Source: Octopus sinensis
Taxonomy: Eukaryota
Assembly: GCF_006345805.1 (NCBI RefSeq)
Contig: NC_042998.1
Span: forward strand, 122,016,001 to 122,080,000
Length of the DNA: 64,000 nt
Direction: 5' to 3'
Both the position numbers and the translations under genes were made by a program. The notes beneath the pieces were generated by a model. The model saw only the letters and a program-made list of their open reading frames with translations. It searched no databases and was not told where the DNA came from. Each line of letters begins with the position of its first letter. Position 1 is the first letter of the stretch. This document shows, in pieces, positions 53,910 to 64,000 of the stretch.

Positions 53910-54894
53910 AGCACTTTGGTGATGCATGGGAAAGGCCTCTTTTGTAGCAAATCAATATTGTTCTAATGACATAATGGACATGATGAGAACATCATTAAAT
54001 ATAGAGTGGAAAATGGTACACACACACATATATATATGTATATATGATATATATATACATATATATATATGTATATATGATGGCTCTATCATTGGTGTTA
54101 ATGAGGAGCATTCAGCTGTTTGATCAATGACTGATGAGTTAAATTAGTATGTAAATGGATGAAGTGGATGAGTATTTTACATGAGTACGCTTAATGTAAT
54201 TCTCAACTTAATAATCACTGTAACATAATGTAATGAGGCTGGATCTTTGAAGTACAGGTAAAAGCTATCTGATGAGTTTCTACACAGTTTCTGCCAGCCT
54301 AATCACATCGATAAGGCTTGGAATTATTTTGACTTTGGTAAAGCCATTTGCTCAAGATACCATAAAGTGGGATCAAACCTATAAACAGATATAGTCATAT
54401 GTGTGTGCGTGTGCATAAAACTATGTATATACATATGTATGTGTATATATATATAAAATTAAAATGAGGGTGAAAAATTGGATATTAATTTCATAACATC
54501 AATTTAACACCTGTGGTCTAGTTTTATATATATATATATGTATATGTACATACATATATGTATGTATATTTATGTAACTGCTGAACGATGAAAATGAGTG
54601 CTCAACACTGCATTGCTGGTTATAATTTCTTCATTTGGGAATTAAGGCTACCATTGGTTTCATGTTAAGAAAAGTAGGAAAATATCCTAGTGTCTTAACA
54701 ATTTTTCAAGCTGATCACATAAAGAAAGGTTTTCACAGACTCATTTAGCTTGTGGAGCCTCCCGAAAATTTCTGTGAACTAAATGAGGGTGTGTTTTCCA
54801 AAATGGAGGTGAACACATTTCTCCAAGTGATTGGCTTGAAAAATTGTTAAGACATTGGGCTATGTTCTTAACATGAAACCAATATATGTATATT

Positions 54895-54959
<65 letters not shown>

Positions 54960-55035
54960 TATCATCGTTTACTGTCCGTTTTCCATGCTAGCATCGGTTG
55001 GACATATATATATATGTGTATGTATCTGTGTGTGG

Positions 55036-55087
<52 letters not shown>

Positions 55088-57936
55088 GTATGTATATATA
55101 TCTCTGCGTGTGTGTGTGTGTATGTATGTGTGTGCATGTTTGTGTTTTCCTGTCTTGATATTGTGAGATTGTTGTAAATTAAAACCATTCATTTTTCAAT
55201 ATTCTGCAAAAATGTCTGGTCACAGAACTATTACTTTGTTTGAAAACATAAGGGTTAGTGAAGGGAAGGAAATCTGGATTAAAAAAAAATGCTCCAATAA
55301 ACTCCATCAGACCCATGAAAGCATGGAAAAATGGACATTAATTAAATGATTATGATGATGATGATGACAATACATATAGTTGCTTATAGTAACTGCTTTA
55401 CCTCTGATCTTCCCTCAGTCAAGGGAGCTCTTCAGACTTACAAGTCTCAAGATTGCCTCATTAATGCTGCTACCAGGAAAAAACACCCAATACAATCTCT
55501 AACATAGTTGATATTAGGAAAGGCATTCAACCATAGAAATTACACAAAAACTGACACTGGAGCCAAATGTGGTCCTCCAACTTGTTGCTTCATGACAAAA
55601 TGTCCATAATATGCTAACAAGGAAAGTGGCTGTAAAATGATGATAATGGTGATATATAACGAATAGATATACATGCTTTACAAGTTATATCTGGCTGATA
55701 GACATTTCCAAGTTAAAATCCAGACATGGATGAGTTTTGTTTTTCTTTGTTCTGGGATAGGTGAGGAGGTAATAAAATAAGTTCTGGTAAGATAAAAGGT
55801 TGATTGAAAAGACTATATACCTTTACTGGCAGAAAACAAAATGGAAAATACAATCAAAAGAAATACATGAGCTTTCATGACCAAGCAAAAGAAAATATTG
55901 GCTTATTGTTCAGGTTGTATTGAGCTTGTTAGAAACCTTTGTTGTATCTTAAATTACATTTGTTATCAAGACTAATAGCTGACACAATATTGTATCATTA
56001 AAGAACTGATTTTTAATAACTAGTGTCATTGATAAAATATACTGCCAGTTTTATCTACTGTGACCTAGATAAAAAGCAATACGTTAGAATAATAAATACA
56101 CAACCATTAGGATGGCATAGTAATTACAGATACAAAAATAGATTCCATATTTTTCTCAGAAGTGAAGAGATTCTTCAATTACTAGTTCGTATTCTTCTTC
56201 TTTGCTGTTCTTAAGAGAACAAAGCATTTGAATTCATCAGATGTCTCAAAGAGTGGACCAAAAATTTAGCACATCTCATTAGAGTTGAGTCGAAATATTA
56301 AAACTTTAAATTTATTGATTATTTAAGCAATTATAGAGAAACTCCTCTCTCCATTTTCTTCTTTGTTAGATAATAGCGATTACAAGGAAACAGAAAAGAA
56401 AACAGACAAAATGGGAGAGAAAAATATCATCAACAACAACAGAAAACATTCCATTGAATTCTGTCTTCAATTGAGAAGTAAAATTCTAAAAGAGATTATC
56501 ACAGAGTTGTTAAATTAGGACAGCAGTTTCTTTTGTCATTAGCAGACCGAATTTCATTTAATTGAGACCTTATGAAGCTGCATACAGAAAATTTAACATA
56601 TACAACAGTATTTCATATTTTTATTTACATATCCACTAATTTTAAATAATGCCTCATAAGATAAGATAGCTTTCAATAGATTAAAAAAATATTCAACAAA
56701 TGTGAATTTGTTTAATGTAATTGACAATAGAATTTTTTTTACAACCTAATTCTGTTGCATTGAAGATATTCTGGATATAGTAGTTAATTAATAAACATAA
56801 TAGTCTTTTTTTTTTGCTATTCTAGAATTTACATGTTATAGAAATAAGTTATTGATCATTCTACTTAACCAGTTTACTTTTATGTGTTTCCCAATTTCAG
56901 TTCTTAGATTACAGCCATGTTAGGGAATGTTCAATGGTTTTAACCAATTATGTCCACTTTAGCTTTTAGTCGGACACTCAGTTTTATCAATCTACATTTT
57001 CGGAAAGGCTGAGTTTAACTTGATTTATGTGCCTTCTAGAGAGAAAATACCATAAAAGGTTTACACAAGAATACAAAAAACACTGACACACAAATATACA
57101 AATGAAGGCTTCCACATAGTTTCCACTTATCAAATTCTACAAATAAGTTATTGGTCAACCTGAGAGTATGGTAGTAGATACTTGCACAATGTGTTGTTCA
57201 GTGAGAAGGTAATTGCAAAGTGAATGCTTTGACTGTAAACTTATCCCAAGCCTATAACAATAAGAAGAAACCCCATCAAAAGCAAATTTAAGATACAAAT
57301 AGAGATAAAACAACAAAAAAGTACCATTATATGGTGCATTAAATTTAAGGAAAATAAGGGTAGAGAGAGATGAATGGAATCAACAAAAAGAAGAAAATAA
57401 AAAATGACTGATAGGCATAAAGAAAGTATGCTTACCTAGAAAAAGAGAAGAAATTGTGTATTTTTGTCTTTGCAACAATACTATAGTTTATTGCAATGTT
57501 ATTTTGCTTCTGGTTTTTAAAAACCAAGCGTATTTTGAAAGGGATGTGGTATTACACTTATCACTGCATGTATTCGTAGTTTTAAAAGTATTCTGTTTAC
57601 CTTGATGTATGTCTTTACAGTGTGGTCTTCTAATTCTACATATGTTCTCTATATTATGGCTACAGATGTAGGATTTTAAATAAAGATTTCATCTCTACCT
57701 GGCCATAATAAACATTCTTTTTTTTCAGTTGCACATTGCTGTCTTTGAGATGTGACCAACATAGTATATACTAATCAACAAAAAGTATGATATGGTACCA
57801 TCTTGAATTAAGACATATTTTTTCCCCTATAGTCTGGTATGGCTGTTTGATAGATCAAGTATTTGTACAATTTAAAGTGAAGTTAGAAGGCATTTGCTGA
57901 ATGTACACATGCATGTGTGTGTGTGTGTGTGTGAGG

Positions 57937-57971
<35 letters not shown>

Positions 57972-58221
57972 AGGTATATGTGTGTGTAATGATAAGTGAC
58001 CATTTGGGTATTTTCTTTGTATCTTGTGACCTTTTTATTGTATAGCAACAGTTTAAAAAAGCAAATATATTAATATGGTAACCATGTTTACATCAAATTG
58101 AATATTGTGCCTATTCCACTATGACAACAATGTTTACAGCAGTTAAAGTTTTACACAATTTCCCATAGGAGCCTAACCAGAGCCTTTCATCAACAATTTC
58201 AATAATTTAATGTTGCATGCA

Positions 58222-58252
<31 letters not shown>

Positions 58253-59797
58253 AGCAACCTCACAAACCAGTGAAACAACCTCTATGTTGTTGCCCAATTT
58301 TCAAGAAATAGCAACTAAATCTAAATTCAAAATTGCACCCTACCATTTTTCAAAAAGAGAGGCCCACTAAAAATAATGCAGTTGTAGAATTACAAAATAA
58401 CAAGAGTCATAATTGGTATGCCTTAGACCGTATATCCGCTCCCTTATGATTGACCTGAGATTAATAGAGAACAGTAATGACAATAAATAATGAGAAGCTT
58501 ATGCAAAGAGAAATCCACACCTAATCCATAGTTAAGTATTACTTTGAGAGTTGTGTCGTGATGTCCCAAAGTGAGTACTTTTTTTTTAAGACAAGCATAA
58601 TCAACGTTAAACTGAGTTTAGTACATCTTTTGTACTATTATCTACACAGACATGTATGTTCAATATCTAATATTTAAATATATTTAACTTGCCTTTATTT
58701 AATGAGAAATCCTCTCATCTGTTTGGTTTTTACACATACAACAAATATTCTCTTATTAAGTTACTAATTTCTTCTACTCACAGATATAATGAAATTTCTG
58801 AATGCCACTAATCATGTTAATTCTGCATAAGTAAATACTGTGACTGTTGTTATTCCTTACATCTGAACTTTGGTCATCTTTTATTTTATTATTTTGTTTT
58901 CAATAGAATGAGAATGAGTATAGACAAATTTATCTAAATGTTATTAAATCTCAAACAACATTTCACCTGCTGAAATTGCTAAACTAATAAAATTTGGTAA
59001 TCTTGGCATACTAATATACATATTGTGTACATATAAACATATACATTTGAGTCTCAAAAATGATGGTATGTCTGAGTGGTTTAGACGTTTACTTCTAAGT
59101 TATAAGGCTCTGGGTTCAACTCCATCTTGCCTTTGAATCAATGCAAACTTTCAAAGTGAAAAAGAGGAAACAAAAGTTTTAGAAGCTTGCATCATTACAT
59201 ACTGTGTCATGCTACTCCTGCCGGATGTTTATGTTAAGGGAGCAAGTACCTGTGGAATACTCAGCCACTTACCATGTGATTTACTGAACAGGAAGTTGAG
59301 TTGATTGAGCAACTGGATATTCATTGACACCAAGGTTTACATATTTGTGTCCGTATACATGTACACCTTCCTCTGACAAAACATAGAAAGTCAAAAAACA
59401 AGAAACTGAGATAATTGCATAAAATTGCAAAAAAAAATATCCAGTCCTAGCTTTTTCAACTTGCTCTGTGTCATAGGTTGCTTCATAATGAAACGTTGAA
59501 AATTTTCCAAGATCATATCTCTAATTATGTATAAGGCAAGGTCCAAGGAATTTGAGAATCCATTCTCTGAAGAAGAAAATAAGTTGACTTACCGTGTTTT
59601 ATCAGAGGACAGCAATACTGTGTGTGTGTGTCTATGTGTTCATGCATGTATGTATCTCTCTTTCTCTCTCTATATATATATAATACACACACACATACTG
59701 GTGCGCATATGCTTATAAACATTTTATATACACACACATACATATTACATGCAAAAGAGAAAGAAAAATAGGAGTGAGAAAGAGAAAAATGGGATAT

Positions 59798-59835
<38 letters not shown>

Positions 59836-61505
59836 GCATATATTGATAGACAGACAGACAGACTACATCTGTTCTTTTTTCCAGTCTGGCAAGAAGACAT
59901 AAGAGATAAACTTGGAGTTGCTTATTATGGCTGAAACTGATGACAATCACTGTGATTATGATAGGTGATCATCTAAAACAAGATAGAGATCTAAATTGGC
60001 TGTTGTGGGTGGTACCAACAGGAAGAGAAGTAAGAATGAAAACAGCAGCACAACAGTAAAAGTATGATAGCTACAGCAACAATAGCCACAATAATATAAC
60101 AGTGGCAGCAACCAACAACAGTGACACAATGCAGTTTATAGTGATGTGATGTGTATATTCAGTGACGTTTTGCAACAAAAGCCAAGTTAAGGTGGATCCA
60201 CACACATCCCTCCAGGTGTTTCTAGCCAATTGAAAAATCTCTCATACACACACACATACTAAACAAACAAAAACAACTGTGTTTGTTTTCCATGCTTGCC
60301 ATTAATGAACTAGGGAGGAGGTTTCCAAGCAATGTTGCTTGATTTGCTCAGTTTTAATGCAGAAGCCAAATCCCCCCTCTCCCATCTCTCTCTCTCTCTC
60401 TCTGTACTCCCCCCCAGCCCCCACCTCTCACTCTACCACGTCTGAAATTGGAATCGCAAGCAATAACCTAAAGCTTCAGAAAGTAAACACATGACAAAGA
60501 CCAAATGGCAGTGACTAGAACACTGAACAAATGATGTATAGGATGAATATTTGGTTTGGTGCAAGGGGTTCTCCGCCCACAATAAATAAACTCAAATCAC
60601 AGGATTGCAGGAATAGTTGTGCAACATGTAATACAATCTTAAAAAAGAAAAAAAATTCTCATAGACTTGCAATACATAAATCATATCTACTTTTGAAGAA
60701 GCTGTTCTCTTGGATGGAACCATATCTCAACAATACAAGTAGTTTTATATAAAAGTGTATTTTCTCTCTCTCTAAGCATCTTTGGGCATCTCACTTTCTC
60801 AGTATTTAAATGTAATATTAGAAGCTGCTTATCTCTCAGCAAAATTCAAATGAGATAAGTATTGCATTAAGATATGTTGTATCCTAATGCAAGTAGCATG
60901 ACTACATATCTCATTTACTTCGTTAAAAATGTAGGTTTAACATTTCGTATCTATCTGATCAGTTAGAAAATAAATGATATTGATGATGCATACAATATTT
61001 GCTTCTACAATTTAATCATAATTCCAAATTTACAGAACTATACAACCCTGGATAACCATATCAGAATAAGTAAATAAAGACAAAACAAAAACAGAGCAAA
61101 AAATAAAACAACAGCACCTCTAACACTTCCCTTAAGATAAAGGATGAAACAAGCTCGTGGCCATCAAAGTCCAGCTCCAAGAGAAGCCTTTTATACATTT
61201 CATTCAATCAATGGGATTAAAACAAGGCATTTCTTTGAAGAGCTTAGATCAAATGATTTATTGTTAGTGTTGTTGTTGTTTTTAAGTTGCTACTACAACT
61301 AGAATGGGTCATTTGTCCTTGGTTGTCAGGGTATCTGTGAAATACACTAATTATCCCTAGTTATTAATACTATTCCATTTCAGTGTAGATCTGCTATTTT
61401 TTTTGTTTGTTTTCTTATATTGGATGCAAACCCCAACAGCTTTGTAATTTATCCGAGGAATGATCCCTCATTTACACATTTGTGCTATTAAAATAGACTA
61501 TTGTC

Positions 61506-61712
61506 AATCATTGTCATTATTATTATTATTATCATGATTATTATTATTATTATTATTATCATAATTATTGTTATTATTATTATCATCATCATAATTATTA
61601 TTATTATCATCATACTTATTATTATTATCATCATACTTATTATTATTATTATCATACTTATTATTATTATTATTATCATCATACTTATTATCATCATCAT
61701 CATCATTATTAA

Positions 61713-61747
<35 letters not shown>

Positions 61748-61873
61748 CATCATAATTATTATTATTATCATCATACTTATTATTATTATCATCATACTTA
61801 TTATTATTATTATCATACTTATTATTATTATTATTATCATCATACTTATTATCATCATCATCATCATTATTAA

Positions 61874-61906
<33 letters not shown>

Positions 61907-61962
61907 CATCATAATTATTATTATTATTATTATTATCATAATTATTATTATTATTATTATTA
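61506..61962. repeat. Compound (ATT/ATC)n satellite with 161-bp higher-order duplication
   Basis: Block starting at 61587 is repeated at 61748, including identical catactt interruptions. Confidence 0.9.
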
Positions 61963-63275
61963 AGGGGGTGAGTTGGCAGAATTGTTAGCACACCAGGCAA
62001 AATGCTTAGCAGTATTTCATCCATCTTTATGTTCTGAGTTCAAATTCCACCTGGATCGACTTTGCCTTTCATCCTTTTGGGGTTGATAAAATAAGTACCA
62101 GTTGAGCACTGGGATTGATGTAATCGGCTTATCCCTCTCCCTTGAAATTGCTGGTCTTGTGCCAAAATTTGAAACCATTATCATTATTATTAAGGTGGTT
62201 AGCTGGCAGAATTGTTAGCATACTGGGCAAAATGCTTAGTGACATTTCGTCCTTCTTTACGTTTTGAGTTCAAATTCTGCAGTGGTTGACTTTGCTTTCA
62301 TCCAGTTGAGGTTGATGAAATAAGCTGAGAACTAGGTTCAATGTAATCAACTATAACTCTTCCCAAAATTTCAAGCCTTGTGGCTATAGTAGAAAGAATT
62401 ATCATTATTACTGGGTGATCCCATTCGGTCCTGAATAGCCATGGGATTGCACCTAGAAAGTTACCCTCTGAGGCGCAAGTCTGGGCAAAGTTGTTTATGG
62501 AAGACCAGCAGTCGCTCACGCATACCAGCATCCCCTCTTCACACCACCGATGTTATCCAAGGGAAAGGCAAGGCCCGATACAGTTTGGCACCAGTGATGT
62601 CACAACTCATTTCTACAGTTGAGTGAACTGGAGCAACGTGAAATAAAGTGTCTTGTACAAGAACACAGCATGCAGTCTGGTCTGGGAATCGAACTCACAA
62701 CCTCACGATCGTAAGCTTGACACTCTAACCACTGAGTGATGTGCCTTCACTTATTATTATTATTATTATCATTATGAGGGTAGTAGCTTGGCAGAATTGT
62801 TAGAGTACAGGACAAAATGCCTTGCGGTATTTCTTCTGGCGCTTTACATTTTGCAGTCGAATCCCTCTAAGAACAATTTTGCCTTTCATCCCACTGGGAT
62901 CAATAAAATAAAGCACCATTTAAGTACTGGATACAATGTAATTGAATAAGCTCTTCTTTTCAAAATTTTCCATGCTAGCATGGAAAATGGACACCAAACA
63001 GTGATGATGTTGTCGATGATGACAATGATAATGATGATGATAATTAATTATTATGAGTGAATTGGCAAAATTTGATAGAGTGTTGGGCAAAATGCCTTTT
63101 AGGGTTTTATTACAGCTCTTTACATTCTCAGTTCAAATCCCACCAAAGTCACCTTTGCTATTCATCTTTCAAATGTAAATAACATAAACTATCAGTTAAT
63201 TGTTGCAGATGATTACATTGACTAACACCTCTTTTCAAAAGCTGTGGCCTTGTGCCAGCATTAGAAACAAGTGTT
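61963..63275 (+). mobile_element. Four same-orientation family B SINEs (61963-62180, 62192-62400, 62776-62965, 63055-63275)
   Basis: Each begins gg(t/c)gagttggcagaattgttag-like and is separated by (ATT)n tracts. Confidence 0.85.
62413..62750 (-). mobile_element. Full-length tRNA-derived SINE family D
   Basis: Reverse complement: ctcagtggttagagtgtcaagcttacgatcgtgaggttgtgagttcgattcccag (tRNA-like A/B boxes), a central gtgttcttgtacaagacactttatttcacgttgctccag domain and a GC-rich tail. Confidence 0.85.
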
Positions 63276-64000
63276 ATCATTACAGATCAGGTTGTAGTTG
63301 TTGAACTTTTCACTTCTATTATAACTTGCTATATGGCTTGATTTGTGACTGCTGCTACTGAGTTTCCTGCTGCCGCCACCATTTCCGCCATTACCACCAC
63401 TGCCACCACCACCATTATTATTATTATTATTATGATTATTTTGTTTTAGCCTCGTTGATGACGTTTTTGTGATTGACTATTTGCATCTTGTTCAATTACT
63501 CTTTTATTTTTTTTTTACTTTTGTCTTGTATCAACTTCCAGGAAATACAAGTAAACATTGACATAACAAACCTGACTGAGTTTTAAAAACAAAAGTTCAA
63601 CAATGAAACGATATCAATCTCATGGAAAAAAAGCAACACATACACACACACATATATATATGCAAAAAATTTCTCAGAGACACAAGTTTCAATTACTTGT
63701 AGCAGCAATCTTTACTGAGACAGAGCAGTGTCCCCATCTCTTTCTCTGATTCCAATTTTTTTATAACATACATTAATGATATGACTACTAACAATAACAA
63801 AAACAAAAAATTCATTACCACCACCACCATCACCGTTCCCACCATGAATGATGACATCATAAAGAACACAACTAACACCAGTAATGAGAACAACACTAAC
63901 ATTATTGAAATAGTAGCCAAATCCTCCACAAATCACAATGCATTGTTATAAATAAAGAAAGGATACATATGGTCAGTCTTCTTGATACCCTTATGAAAAG

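Noticed and set aside
61488-62024. 178-aa Asn/Asp/Ile-rich ORF and overlapping poly-Ile ORFs
   Set aside because: Translation of an ATT/ATC satellite; the start lies in a SINE.

Overview
Very AT-rich eukaryotic DNA dominated by microsatellites (TA, CA, GA, ATT, GAT) and short interspersed repeats. I recognise the repeat families as those typical of Octopus genomes; this is from memory, not a search. No protein-coding gene can be called confidently: nearly all ORFs in the track are microsatellite or SINE artefacts, and only a few splice-signal-bounded candidate exons remain. Supported content: many copies of at least four SINE-like families (my labels A-D), two distinct RTE-clade LINE 3' remnants, CR1-like LINE remnants and an internally deleted mariner relic. 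The most interesting structure is a ~220-bp palindrome at 35.4-35.6 kb. Each arm carries a minimal type I hammerhead-ribozyme core of the kind associated with Penelope-like retroelements, mutated at different core positions in each arm. Two further long fold-back hairpins (15.9 kb, 53.7 kb), a 52-bp perfect palindrome and periodic motif arrays are also notable. No new biological system is proven from sequence alone.
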